The position numbers and the translations under genes were made by a program. Of a stretch of 64,000 bases of DNA, positions 30,766 to 61,026 are shown piece by piece. Under the pieces are notes generated by a model that had not been told where the DNA came from, did not search any database, and saw only the letters and a program-made list of their open reading frames with translations. Source of the stretch: the human T2T-CHM13v2.0 reference genome, Homo sapiens. Within the stretch, counting starts at the first letter, position 1, and each line of letters starts with the position of its first letter. The stretch is taken from assembly GCF_009914755.1 (NCBI RefSeq), contig NC_060943.1; one strand, given 5' to 3'.

Positions 30766-31630
30766 TAAACATCTTCACTTTAAGATGTTTAAAGTGCCCA
30801 AAAGAATAAGTTATACTAAAATACTAAAGGAAGACTACATTGTTTAAGGGGAAGAACTGAATTAGTGATCAATGTTTAAATGTTTAAGAAAATTTTGGTG
30901 TTTTGCTTATTAGCTACAAGAACTTAATAAACTTAAAATTATACAAACTATAAAGAGCACTATTATTCTCTATGCACCAAGCTTCTTGATCATTAAACAA
31001 TTCATCAATTATTTCATATAAAACTGACCACCCAGAAAGTAGCACCATGTTATCAATTATCTAATGGCTTCCTCTACCCATAGGCACTCACTCACTGCAT
31101 TTCCCCAGATGAATACCAAAGGAATACAAGTGTCTCTTCTTTAAAACCTAAATGCACGCTGATATTATTATTATTACTACTACATATTAAGCTCTTAGTA
31201 TTCTTTTATCAACCAAATAGCCTATGATATATAATAGCCAGGCATTGTGCTAGATACTAAAGAGTCAAAAATAATCCAGAAAGATCTGGAAACAGAGTTC
31301 CTTCTTCTATATTCCTCATTTTAAGCCCTCCTTTCTGGTCTCTCCTCCTGGCCTTCCTCTGGTTAAAGGGATGTCTTCAAATGCTGTACCTTCCAAGCAG
31401 GATGGCATGAAACATTCCCACTTCAACAGCTCCATACCATGCTTGTTGCATTCTCAACACTCCTCATCTTTGCCCCAGAGGGCAGCCTCCCATGCTGAAT
31501 TCTTACATCAGGGGATCTGCTCCTCTCTTTTAAATTCAGCCCTCATTAATGTAAAAAAAAAAAAAAAGTCTCACGAAATAAGAAAGAAAACTTTCTCAAC
31601 TTGATGAGTAGCATCTAAGAAATACCTACT

Positions 31631-32060
31631 GTTGGGAGAGACAGTTACCATGGGTCTCCACATTCTTAGGCGTCTTGCTGGGTATGCCTAGAATGCAAGA
31701 TTCTAACTACTCATTTCCCAGGGTTATTTATGCAGCTGATAACCTTGAGAGTTGAGATAAGAGCACGAACAGTAGGGTTGCTTACTGCTGACTATAAAAG
31801 CAATGGATTATCCAGGCTCAGTGTTCCTCAGTGGCTATGCCCATGCACTGCATGAATAGCATCCATGTAGACCCACATGCTGTCCCCATGGGAGCTGAGA
31901 GAAATAGGAACTGATGAACACTGATGCCTACGCTGCTTGCTGTGCCATGAGTAATAAAGTCTTTGTCTCTGATCCAGGGGTCTCATGTTTTCTGCCAGCA
32001 TTCATGAAACTAACAGGCTAATGTATGAGCTTGTATGTAGGAAAATATCAAATCCTAGAG
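31631..32060 (+). mobile_element. ERVL-type solo LTR (LTR47-related) inserted in L1
   Basis: TGTTGGGAGA start; TATAAAA at about 31793; AATAAA at about 31953; L1 text resumes on both sides. Confidence 0.7.
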
Positions 32061-33184
32061 CTAATGTTATAACTAATGTTGAAACACTGAAAAATGTCCC
32101 CCTGAATCCAGGAAAAAAAGAATAATGTGCATTATCATCATTTCTTTTTAACAATGTAATAAAGGGCTTGGCCAGTATAATAGGGCACGATGAAGAAATA
32201 AAAGGTATAAAGATTGGTAGGAAAGAAAGAAAACTATCATTATTCACAGATGATAAGTTGCAGACATAGAAAATCCTAAATAATAAATTCTTAAAATTAG
32301 CAAGTGAATTAAACAACATGGTCTCATATAGAGACAATATATAAAAATCAATTGCATTTCTAGTAACAAGTAATTGGAAAATTGTTTAAAATGTAAATAC
32401 TATTCACAGTTTCCATAATAAACATCAAATACTCAGGTATAAAGCTATCAAAAATGTTACTAAAAATGACAAATTGGTAAGAGAAATTAAGGATCTTAAC
32501 AAATGTCGACATATACCATATGTACTATAGATTGAATATTGATGTCAATTCTCCCAAAATGAACACAGTTTTTGTTTTTGTTTTTGAATCAGGGTCTTGC
32601 TTTGTTACCCAGGTCGGAGTGCCGTGGCACGATCAAAGCTCGCTGTAGCCTCAACCTGTGGGGCTCAAGGGATTCTCCCACCCCAGCCTCCTGAGAAGCG
32701 AGGAGTAGAAGCACGCCATCAAGTCCAGCTAAATGTTTGGGGTTTTGTTTCTTTGTTTGCGTGTTTGCTTGGTTTTAGTTGTTTTTTTGTTTTTGTTTTT
32801 GTTTTGGTAGAGACAGGGTCTCACTGTGTTGCCCAGGCTTGTCTTAAACTCTTGGGCTCAAGCAATCCTCCAGCCTTGGACTCCCAAAGTGCTGGGATTA
32901 CAGGTGTGAGCCACTGCATCAGGCCCCAAAATGAACACATATATTTGTAAACAAAACCCCAGCAAGGCTTTGGGGGGAATAAGGTAAAAATTAGCAAGTT
33001 GATTCTAACATTTATTTGGAAATTAGAAGAGCTTATAATAGCCGAGATAGCTTGGAAAAGAAAAAAAGTAGGAGGACTAAAACTACAGATTTCAAGACAG
33101 CAGTACAGACAAAACAATAAAACCAAATAGAATATAGAGTCCAGAAAGAGAGCCACATAACCACATGTATATACTGTCACCTGA

Positions 33185-33556
<372 letters not shown>

Positions 33557-33571
33557 TAAACAGTGCTGAAG

Positions 33572-33869
<298 letters not shown>

Positions 33870-34012
33870 AAACAGTGCTGAAACAACTAGGCACCCAACT
33901 GGAAAAAAAAAATTAACCTTTACCCCATACATAAGAATTAATTTAAGAGGGATCACAGACTTAAGTGTGAATGTGAATGTTTAAAAGCTTCGGGGCCAGG
34001 CGTGGTGGCTTA

Positions 34013-34300
<288 letters not shown>

Positions 34301-34610
34301 CTAGTCATAAAAGACAAAGTACTAAATAAATATCTGCTACAAAAATGGGGAAAGACATAAACAGGCAATCTTTTAAAAGACTCTGAAATGTTCAAACACA
34401 CTCATAATGAGAGAAATAAGAAAACAACAATGAGGGCTGGGCACAGGGGCTCATACCTGTAATCTCAGCACTTTGGGAGGCCGAGTCTGGTGGATCACCT
34501 GAGGTCAGGAATTTGGGACCAGCCTGGCCAACATGGTGGAACCCCATCTCTACCAAAAATACAAAAATTAGCTGGGCGTGGCGGCACGCGCCTGTAGTCC
34601 CAGCTACTCA

Positions 34611-34757
<147 letters not shown>

Positions 34758-35247
34758 CTATTTCTCATCTATTAGACTGGTGAAAACTAAAAAACATGAC
34801 AACATATTCTGTTAGGTGGGCTGTGAAGGGAAACAGACATGCTCATACACAGCAAGTAGGAATAAAAACTGGTACAACAGTTCTAGAGAGGAATTTTGCA
34901 ATACTTAACAAAACTACAAAGCACTTACCTTTTGACCCAGCAATACCGCTTCTAGGAATCTACCCTAAAGATACTCCTCCAGCAATAGAAAAATACATAT
35001 ATACAAGGTTATTGCAGCACTGTTTCTAGTAACAAAATATTGTAAATGACCTAAATATCCATACGTAGGAAAGCGGTTCAATAAACTATGATAAATCCAC
35101 AGGCTGCAGTATTATGTAACAATTAGAAAAGAATTATGAATATCTCTTTAACTGCCTGAGTGTTATCCAGAATGTATCATTAAGAGAAAGAAACAATGTA
35201 CAAAAGAGTGCCTAGAGAATGCTATCTTTAATGTAAAAAGAATATAG

Positions 35248-35554
<307 letters not shown>

Positions 35555-36015
35555 TAGCCAGGATGGTCTTGATCTCCTGACCTCGTGATTCGCCGGCCTC
35601 GGCCTCCCAAAGTGTTGGGATTACAGGAGTGAGCCACTGTCCCCTCGAATGTTTTCACATTCAAAATAGTGTAGCCTGCTACAATCAACCAGGATGTGGG
35701 GGAACCCAAAATGCAACAAATGATCCTTAAATGTAAGAAAAATGTAAGAAAAAAAAAAAACATACTGAAAAGAGTGGCAAAGAAAAGAACTAAATTGAGT
35801 AACTTTGGAAGATGTTTGTTTACTATATACTATAAGCTTAAAGAAAAAGAGCTACACAGAGATTCTCTACTGTAGTTACTAAATACTTTTTACACAGGTC
35901 CAGGTTGGCAACTCTGAACTAATTTGCATGTATTCTAGGATAGAGCTAATTATTGATTCTGAGAAGCAGGTTTCTCTCTGTTGGAAAATGAAGTAACAAG
36001 GAAATGGCCAAATTT

Positions 36016-36425
36016 GATGGGAGACAGTTCTCCATGGGTCTTGCATGTTTCTGCGTATCTTGCAAGAAGAGGTACTAAGTGTTTTTGTTCTGCACTATTT
36101 TACCAAGTTGTTTATACAGTGAACAGCCTTGGAAGACAGAGTCGGTCTCCTTCTACAGCAAAGGGTAGGCATTCTAACTATCCATTATAAAAAATTCAGG
36201 TTTCCTAAGGTCAAGGGAACACACAGATACCTGTGTATTTTGCATAATCCTGGGTGTATGACTGAATCAGTACCATGAGAATGTAGATATTCTGAAGATT
36301 GCCATGAGCAACAAAGCATCCTTTGTCTCAGACTCAGAAGTCTCATGTTTTCTGAACGTATCTGTGAAACTGACAAGCCAACTTACTAGCTTACAACTAG
36401 GGTAAAATCTCAGATAGTTCATAGT
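36016..36425 (+). mobile_element. LTR47-type solo LTR
   Basis: TGATGGGAGACAGTTCTCCATGGGTCT...GAACAGCCTTGGAAGA resembles the LTR47 consensus as I recall it. Confidence 0.7.
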
Positions 36426-36928
36426 TCTTGGGAAAAGAAAATACCCTGTGGTACTGGAATAGAATTAAACATATGAGTGTAAACTGGTGTGTTTTTAACA
36501 TATAAACAAATAAATAGACATAAATGTGCATGTAGACATTTGTGTATTTTCTCACTCTCTCCACTGACCAGAACCAGAGCAAAGACACACCAGTAGCAAT
36601 AAGCACACCAAGTGCCCAGATCTTGGTTTATAAATTCATTCTCCAATAAAAGAAATTAATGCTGCTTGGAGAAATTGCTGAGCCCAGAGATGGAAGAGGG
36701 AAAATACAAGATGAACCTGGAACATCTTATGTCCCAGAAAGCGGGGTTGGGGGGAAGCTTTAAAAAATGATCACACGTTGAAAAGACACAAGAGCCAACT
36801 TAAGGAGCTTCTGATGGCCAAATATGGGAAAATTTGAACAGCAAAATAAATAAATAATAATAATAGAGAATAGAATAAAATAAATATCCATGAGTCCATA
36901 GGTAAATAATTGAATAAACAAATGGGGA

Positions 36929-37643
36929 CAAAAGAAAAACTTCAGCTGAATTAAATGTAAAGGAGTTTCATTGAACAATGAACGATTCGCAAATCAGGCA
37001 GCCCCCAGAATCACGGCAGATTCAGAGACACTCCAGGGATGCCTCGTGGTCAGAACAAATTTATAGACAAAAAAAAGGGAAGTGACATACAAAAATCAGA
37101 AGTGAGGTGGAGAAACAGCTCAACTGGTTACAAGTTCTTGTTTGCCTTTTTTTTTTGAGACGGAGTTTTGCTCTTGTTGCCTAAGCTAGAGTGCAATGGC
37201 ACGATCTCAGCTCACTGCAATTCTCCTGTGTCAGCCTCCTGAGTAGCTGGGATTACAGGTGCACTCCACCACACGTGGCTAATTTTTTGTATTTTTAGTA
37301 GAAATGGGGTTTCACCATGTTGGTCAGGCTGGTCTCCAACTCCTGACCTCAGGTGATCCGCCTGCCTCGGCTTCCCAATGTGCTGAGATTACAGGCGCCA
37401 GCCTCTGTGCCCAGACAGTGTTTGCCTTACTTAACACAGTTTGAACACTCAGCAGTGTATGAGTGGTTGAAGTATTGCTGCTGGGATTAGCCAAGACTCA
37501 GCTTGTTACAGGCACATACACTGTTACAGGCACACAAGTTAGGTTTCCAATTCTGTCTACCTGTTAGGTTACAGTTCGTCCATAAGGACTCAAATATAGA
37601 AGTACAAAGTCCTTCTCAGGCCACATTTAGTTCACTTTTAACA
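36929..37643 (-). mobile_element. MER57A-type ERV1 solo LTR split by an Alu (~37147-37415)
   Basis: Minus-strand start TGTTAAAAGTGAACTAAATGTGGCCTGAGAAGGACT; MER57-like body and end. Confidence 0.78.
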
Positions 37644-37806
37644 GGAGCAAGAAGAGACAGCTCTTCCTTATAGTAGAATTTAAATTATCAAAGTGTAAGA
37701 AATGATAGAAGGAGAAAATCACCGCTAGGCAAACATCACAGTAATAATTGTTACAGGTAAAAATTATCAATGAATGTTAAAACTAATGGGTGAGAAAACA
37801 TGATGA

Positions 37807-38013
<207 letters not shown>

Positions 38014-38579
38014 TAGTAGAGATGGGGTTTCACCGTGTTAGCCAGGATGGTCTTGATCTCCTGACCTTGTGATCCGCCCACCTCGGCCTCCCAAAGTGTT
38101 GGGATTACAGGCATGAGCCACCGCGCCCAGCCATTTTTACATAGTTTCAAATTATTTCCCCACAAGATACTTATTCAATAAAATGGGAGAAACAGTGATT
38201 TTACAGAGGAGAAATCTGGCAAACAACACTGTTACCAAGTTCTCAAAGTTAACATTGCTAATAATGAGATATACTAATATATATATATCCTGATATGACA
38301 CATTGAGAAGAGTTCAACATCATTTCTGTGATCTTCTTGCCAAAACTGCCCAGTCTAAATCTAACCATAAGGAAACATCAGGCAAACGCAAATTGAAAGA
38401 TATTCTGCAGGCTGGGTGTGGCAATCCCAGCATTTTGGGAGGCCAAAACAGGAGGATGGCTTGAAAGCAGGAGTTCAAGACCAGCCTGGGCAATATAGCA
38501 AGATGCTATCTCTACAAAAAAAAAAAAAAAAAGAAAATAGCCAGGAGTGGTGGTGTGCACCTGTAGTCCCAGCTACTCA

Positions 38580-39076
<497 letters not shown>

Positions 39077-39753
39077 TCACGAGGTCAGGATTTCGAGACC
39101 AGCCTGGCCAATATGGTGAAACCCTGTCTCTGCTAAAAATACAAAAATTAGCTGGGCGTGGTGGTGCGCTCCTATAGTCCCAGCTGCTCGGGAGGCTGAG
39201 GCAAGAATATTGCTGGAACCCAGGAGGTGGAGGTTGTGGTGAGCCAAGATTGTGCCATTACACTCCAGCCTGGGTGACAGAGACTCCGTCTCAAAGAATA
39301 AGACAGAGAGAGAAAGAGAAAAGAAAAGAAAAAGATATTTTACAAAATAACTGGCCAGTACTCTTCAAAAGTGTCAAAGTCCTAAAAGATAAAAAGGATT
39401 AAAGAACACTCAAAGATGGAAGGAGACTAATGAAACAATACAATTCAATGCAGGACCTTGGATTGGATCCTGAAACAGTAAGAAAATTTAGCAAAATTTG
39501 AAAAAGGGCTCTAACTTAATTAAAAGTCTTCTATCAGCATAAATTTCCTGGTTTTCATCATTGCACTGTGGGCACCTGCAGAGTATCTGCAAATTCCTTA
39601 TACTATGTTCACAACATGAAAATAAAATTTTAGGCCAGGCATAGTGGCTCACACCTGTAATCCCAGCACTTTGGGAGGACAAGGCAGTTGGATCACCTGA
39701 GATCAGGAGTTTGAGACCAGCCTGACCAATATTGTGAAACCCTGTGTCTACTA

Positions 39754-39912
<159 letters not shown>

Positions 39913-40042
39913 TCAAAAAAAAAAAAAAAAATGAAAGAAAGAAAGAAAAGAACATTTTTAAAAAATTTACGAAGGGGAAAATGGACACAAAAAAGAAGAT
40001 ATACAAATGGCCAGTAAACATACAAAAAGGTGCTGAACATCA

Positions 40043-40429
<387 letters not shown>

Positions 40430-40812
40430 CTAACCATACCAAATTACGGAGAGGATATGAAGCAACTGGAACTCTCATACATTGCTGGATGGAGTGTAAA
40501 CTGGAACAACCACATGAGAGCTTTGTAGTATCTATTAAACATTAGCCTACCCTATGATCTAGCAATGCCACTCCTAAGTATTAACCCGGGAGAAAAGCCT
40601 TCATGTGTTCACCAAAAACACAGCAGAGTGTTCACAGCTGCAGCATCATTTGTAACAGCCCCAAATTGGAAGCTACCCAAATATCCATCAACAATGTAAT
40701 CGACTAATATACTACAATATATCCCCAGTATAGTGAGAGCTAAGTACAATTACACTGAACAACATGAATGAATTTCACAAACATAATATATAACAAAAGA
40801 AGCCTGGCATAA

Positions 40813-40932
<120 letters not shown>

Positions 40933-41437
40933 TGAGGTCAGGACTAGCTTTGCCAACATGGGGAAACCCTGTCTCTACTAAAAATACAAAAATTAGCCGG
41001 GTGTGATGGGTGCCTGTAATCCCAGCTACTCAGGAGGCTGAGGCAGGAGAATCGTTTGAACCCAGGAGGCGGAGGTTGCAGTGAGCCAAGATTGCATCAC
41101 TGCACTCCAGCCTGGGTGACAAGAGCAAGACTCTGTCTCAAAAAAAAAAAAGAATGGGTAAAACTAGTTAATGATAGAATTCTGAATAGATTGTGTGGGG
41201 GAGAAATTACTGAGAAGTGGTATGAGGGAAGCATCTCAGGTCCTGGCAAAGTTCTTTGTATAGATCTAGGAGTGTTACACAGCTGTACACTTAAGATTTG
41301 CACACTTTATATAGGCTCTATGTATCTATTGACAGCCTCCTGCTCTGTTGCCCAGGCTGAAGGGCAGTGGTATGATCATGGCTTCCTGCAGCTGCAAAGC
41401 ACTGGGCTCAAGCGATCCTCTCATCTCAACCTCCTGA

Positions 41438-41659
<222 letters not shown>

Positions 41660-42079
41660 TAGGGATATGGAGCAATAAGATATTTCAAACATTGCTGTTC
41701 AAGTACAAATTTGTGCAGCCACTCGGGTATATATTTTGACACTGTTTAGTAAAGTGGAAGATATATGAACCGGCAATTCTGCTGGTAAATAAACTCAAGC
41801 ATGTGTACCCCATGTGAAAGAATGTGGCTGTGTTGTTTATAAAATGAAAAGCTATAAATAACTAATAGGGCATCATTACTAGAAAGGATGAATAATTGTG
41901 GTATACTTCAGAAGGGAGAATATAGCAAAGAAATTGAATTAACCGCGATTTTATCTAATAGGGATGATTCACAGAATTGTAAAAATAAACCAAAGACAGT
42001 ATGACAACATTCATATAAAGTTTTAAAACGGGGAAAAACTGGAGTATAATGCCTAGAGAAGTATACGTAAGTGATAAAA

Positions 42080-42620
42080 CCTCACACTGTGTGACTTACC
42101 CTGCCACACAAACCTGATCACACTCCCACCATGGGGACATTCAGCTACAGACAATCCACGCCCAAAGCAACAGGGTCGCACACGCAGGGCCTCTATCGGT
42201 CACATAAGCACAAGTGCACACTTACCGAGGAGGCAGTCACAGTCACAACCACATTGTCACAGTCGGCGCACACCTGTACCGGGTCACAGTCACGATCACA
42301 CATTAACCACAGCCACACACACAGATAGAAACATGCAGTTACTCGCAGGTATCCCCACCTGAACTCTGCCGCACACAGTCACACAGCATATAGTCGCACA
42401 CCACTACGGGGACAAACGCAGTAACACTCAACCAGGCACAAGCTCCCCACAGCCGCACACACAATGCCGCACGTGGTCCTGCTCCCTCTCACACACACAC
42501 CAGCAGCCACAGTCTCCGAGGCCGTGCTGCACACGGTGTGAGCGTTGGAAACACACTCATCACAAGGGCAGCCTGTCACAATCGCGCGATCATTCACCAC
42601 ACACCTCCACACAGACGCAA
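42080..42620. repeat. CA-rich (GT-rich on gene strand) low-complexity intron-1 start
   Basis: Many cacac/cagtcac/gtcaca motifs directly downstream of exon 1. Confidence 0.7.
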
Positions 42621-42701
42621 GCGCACGCTTTCAATCTCACCTCCACCGCCGCACAAAGCCGAGGCTTGGCCTCCGGCCCCGCCCTCTCCCGGGTTCCTCA
42701 C

Positions 42702-42800
42702 CTCAGGCCTTACCAGCTTTCGAAGCAGCAGAACCCTCCCCGGCACTGGGGTAGTTGCTGGTAAAGCCCTGAGGGTCCCGCCAGCGCGTGAGTTGGAAGC
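42702..42800 (-). other. ZNF566: ZNF566 non-coding first exon (5' end approximate)
   Basis: Two GT donors at the edge of the CpG island (GAG|gtgag at boundary 42702; CTG|gtaag at boundary 42714), followed by a GT-rich intron start typical of KRAB-ZNF genes. The TSS cannot be fixed from sequence. Confidence 0.7.
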
Positions 42801-43132
42801 TGAATTACCGCGAGAAGTACAGTCTTGCCGAGGAGACCTCTGGGAAGCGTAGTCAGAGACGTATCAAGGCCGGACAAGATGGTTCCCGATCGTCAGAATT
42901 CCTGTCCGCGCCTTGCGTCAGCCCCGCCGAAAGGATCGCCCCCCCTAGTCAAACCGCTCGCGCCCCAGAGGCCTCATGGAGTCCCGCCTCAGGCTCGGGC
43001 CTTGGCCCCCAAAGAAAGCCACTCCGACGTGTTTGAGATGGGCTTAGTTCCCGGACCCGTCCTACTGCCCCCAGGCGCTGGACAGCCTCAGAAAGAGGAC
43101 AAGTCTGCATGGAAAGATAATCGCACAACTGA

Positions 43133-43153
43133 GCCTTCTGGGAGATGTAGTTC
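43133..43153 (-). promoter_or_regulatory. ZNF143/THAP11 SBS motif (GAACTACATCTCCCAGAAGGC); second copy at 42841-42854 (GACTACGCTTCCCA)
   Basis: Matches the ACTACAnnTCCCA consensus, which is common at bidirectional and KRAB-ZNF promoters. Confidence 0.8.
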
Positions 43154-43251
43154 GGAGCTGGGAAGGCGGTTGGACCCTCCGAAAGTCATCTTAATTGCTC
43201 TCACAGATAAGCCGGTGCTGGGCTGCCGGCCTGAGTACTGTGCGCCCAGAG

Positions 43252-43263
43252 TGCGCAGGCGCA
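43252..43263 (+). promoter_or_regulatory. NRF1 motif TGCGCAGGCGCA
   Basis: One mismatch from TGCGCATGCGCA, inside the CpG island. Confidence 0.7.
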
Positions 43264-43689
43264 AACATCCTGGGTTGCTGTTTTGGCCTCTTTGTTCGGG
43301 CGTGAATTTTGTTTATTGCTCCTTAGTGCAGAGGGGTTATGGGACCAGAGGTTGTGAGACTCAGAAGTGGTTGGGGACGCAGAAGGGGTGTAGACCAGGA
43401 ACCTGCGACCTGATGGGGGGAGGTCGAAGGGAAAGGAATCGCCAAACGTGGGACAGGTTTGGAGAGGCAGAAAGAGAGGAGTCTGAAATTGCAAAGGGCA
43501 GGTGTTATTCTGACTTCTGTGTGCTTTGTGATAAATGAGTGGGACAGGAAGTAAGAGGAGTTTCACTTTCTCCTTCTGCAATTATTTGTGTACTTGGACT
43601 AAGTGTATCTCATGGCCAGTATTTGACTGCTTTTGACCTATAAAGGTATTGTATACACAGTCATGCATAGTTTAATAATAAGGATATAT

Positions 43690-45740
<2,051 letters not shown>

Positions 45741-45845
45741 CTAGATGGTATAGCTGACTGAACACTTAGGCTACATGGTATAACCTGTTGCTCCTAAACT
45801 ACAAAGCTATACAGTATGTTACTGTACTGAATACAGTTGGAACAC

Positions 45846-46837
45846 TGTAGGGACCAGCCCTACAAGGTCTGTGGGTTTTTCTCCCTGTGTGCAGAGACTA
45901 GAGGTGGTAGAAATAAAGACACAAGACAAAGAGATAAAAGACACCTGGGCCCGGGTGAGCCACTACCACCAAGACACAGAGACTGATAGTGGCCCCGAAT
46001 GCCAGGCTGCACTGTTATTTATTGGATACAAGACAAGGGGGGCAGGGTAAGGAGTGTGAGCCATCTCCAATGATAGGTAAGGTCACGTGGGTCACGTGTC
46101 CACTGGACAGGGGGCCCTTCCCTGTTTGGCAGCTGAAGCGGAGAGAGAGAGAAGACAGCTTACGCATTATTTCTGCATATCAGAGACTTTTAGTACTTTC
46201 ACTAATTTTGTTACTGCTATCTAGAAGGCAGGGCCAGGTGTACAGGATGGAACATGAAAGCGGACCAGTAGTGTGACCACTGAAGCACAGCATCACAGGA
46301 AGACGGTTAGGCCTCCAGATAACTGCGGGCGGGCCTGACTCATGTCAGGCCCTCCACAAGACATGGTGGAGTAGAGTCTTCTCTAAACTCCCCCGGGGAA
46401 AGGGAGACTCCCTTTGCTGGTCTGCTAAGTAGTGGGTGCTTTTCCTTGGCACTGACGCTACTGCTAGACCACAATCCGCTTGGTAACAGGCGTCTTCCCA
46501 GACGCTAACGTTCCGCTAGACCAAGGAGCCCTCTGGTGGCCCTGTCCGGGCATAACAGAGGCTCACACACTTGTCTTCTGGTCACTTCTCACCATGTCCC
46601 TTCAGCTCATACCTCTGTATGGCCTGGTTTTTCCTAGGTTATGATTGTAGAGTGAAGATTATTATAATATTTGAATAAAGAGTAATTACTACAAACTAAT
46701 GATTAGTGATACTTGTGTATAATCATATCTGTGATCTGTATCTAGTGTAATTCTTGTTATTTTATATATTTTATTATACTGAAACAGCCCATGCCCTCGG
46801 TCTCTTGCCTCGGCACCTGGGTGGCTTGCTGCCCACA
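45846..46837 (-). mobile_element. Solo LTR, LTR13 family (ERVK class), 992 bp
   Basis: TG...CA termini; minus-strand start TGTGGGCAGCAAGCCACCCAGGTGCCGAGGCAAGAGAC as in LTR13; 6-bp TSD GAACAC at 45840-45845 and 46838-46843. Confidence 0.88.
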
Positions 46838-47799
46838 GAACACAATGGTAAGTATTTATGTATCTAAACATATCTAAACACACAAAAGGTACAGTAAAAA
46901 AAACAGCATGAAAAGTAAAAAATGGTACACTTGTATAGGGTACTTACCAAGAATGGAGGCTGCAGGACTGGAAGTTGCTCTGGAGAGTCGATGAGAGGTG
47001 AGTGAATGTGAAGGCTAGGACATTACAGTACAACACTCTAGACTTTATAAACATTGTACACTTAAGCAACACTACATGTATTTAAAGTTTTTCTTCCATA
47101 ATAAATTAACCCTTGCTTGCTGTAACTTTTCTACTTTATAAATGTTCAAATTTTTAAAAGCTTTTTGACTTTTCTGTAATATCGCTTAGCTTAAAACACA
47201 AATACATTGCACAGCCCATGTGGGATCCGTATCTCTTGGTAAGGAAATGTTGCAGGTCAGATGTCATTCTTATGTGGCCACATAGAGGTAGAAAGACTGC
47301 ATATATGATACTGCCTTTCCCAACCACGGGCTCGTATTCTAACATACCACAACAATGCCCAATATTTATGGGGTCATAGAAAATAGGATTCACTATGGTT
47401 GGAGAATTTCCAGAGCCAATTTAAGTTCAGGAATGCTGGCAATGAGAATGATCAGTAGGAATCAGTGTAATGATTTACATAGTTGAAACTATCAACTGGG
47501 CCAGGCTGGTGGCTCACGCCTATAATCCCAGCACTTTGTGAGGCTGAGGTGGGCTGATCACCTGAGGTCAGGAGTTTGAGACTAGCCTGGGCAACATGGT
47601 GAAACCCCGTCTCTACTAAAAATACAAAAATTAGCTAGGCATGGTGGCACACACCTGTGATACCAGCTACTCGGGAGGCCAAGGCAGGAGAACTGCTTGA
47701 ACTTGGGAGGCAGAGGTTGCAGCCAGCCAAGATCATGCCACTGCATTCAAGCTTGGGTGACAGAGCAAAGACTCCATCTCAAAAAAAAAGTTAAAATAG

Positions 47800-52400
<4,601 letters not shown>

Positions 52401-52409
52401 TTAAAATGA

Positions 52410-52748
<339 letters not shown>

Positions 52749-52751
52749 TAA

Positions 52752-52997
<246 letters not shown>

Positions 52998-53869
52998 TGA
53001 TCTGCCTGCCTCGGCCTCCTAAAGTGCTGGGATTACAGGCGTGAGCCACTGTGCCCGGCTATTTTTTATTTTTTTGAGACGGACTCTCGGCTCACTGCAA
53101 CCTCTGCCTCCTGGGTTCAAGCGATTCTCCTGCCTCAGCCTCCTGACTAACTGGATTACAGGCATGTGCCACCATGCCTGGTTAATTTTTGTATTTTTAG
53201 TAGAGACGGGGTTTCACCATGTTGGTCACGCTAGTCTCGAACTCCTGACCTGGTTATCTGCCCGCCTCAGCCTCCCAAAGTGCTGGGATTACAGGCGTGA
53301 GCCACCGCGCCCGGCCCCAAACATTTATTATTAATTATTCTTCATATTACATTTCCAGGATCTACTATATATTTTTTATATTTTCATTTTATTTTTAATT
53401 AAGAAGTAATAATTGCATGTATTTATGGGGTACAATTTGATGTGTACATTGTATACATCGTGATGTGTACACAATGACACGTGTACATTGTGGAATGATT
53501 GAATCAGCTTTTCCAAGTGTGTTTCCTTCTCAGCACCTCCAAACCTCTCCTCAAGTTAACCCCAGGCCTTGAGAGAAACAAAGTGCTCTCCCTTAAACTG
53601 GGTCGCTTTGGTTCTCAGTGGAAAGTTGAGTCACAGAGGGAGGCTCTCTTTCATGTGCTTGGGTTTCACTCACTTTTATCAGCTGGACACTGCCGCAGGG
53701 GCTGATTGCTCCCACTCCCTTCCCCAGGTTCTGGGTTATCGTTCATGATTCCAGTGGATTTCCATTTTTCTTCTTGAAATAAAGTACATGGAGTTTATCT
53801 TTATGCACTATCATGCTATCCCCAAGTGACTGAGGCATTCTCTAATCTGCCATCTTGGAGGAAGAAAAG

Positions 53870-57913
<4,044 letters not shown>

Positions 57914-58039
57914 TAGTAGAGACAGGGTTTCAATATGTTGGCCAGGCTGGTCTCGCACTCCTGACCTCGTGATCAGCTCACCTCAGCCTCCCAAACTGTT
58001 GGGAATACAGGCGTGAGCCACCGCACCCGGCCCCCATCT

Positions 58040-60640
<2,601 letters not shown>

Positions 60641-60698
60641 TGAATAACTTCAAATAGTGACTTTGTCTAATATCTCAGTTTTCAGAATTTCAGTATAA

Positions 60699-61026
<328 letters not shown>

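Larger units (their letters stand above)
42400..43330. promoter_or_regulatory. CpG-island promoter, likely bidirectional
   Basis: CpG-dense non-repeat sequence. GC box GGCCCCGCCC at about 42675; YY1-like AAGATGG at 42876; CRE-like TGCGTCA at 42914; ZNF143 and NRF1 motifs listed separately. Confidence 0.88.
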
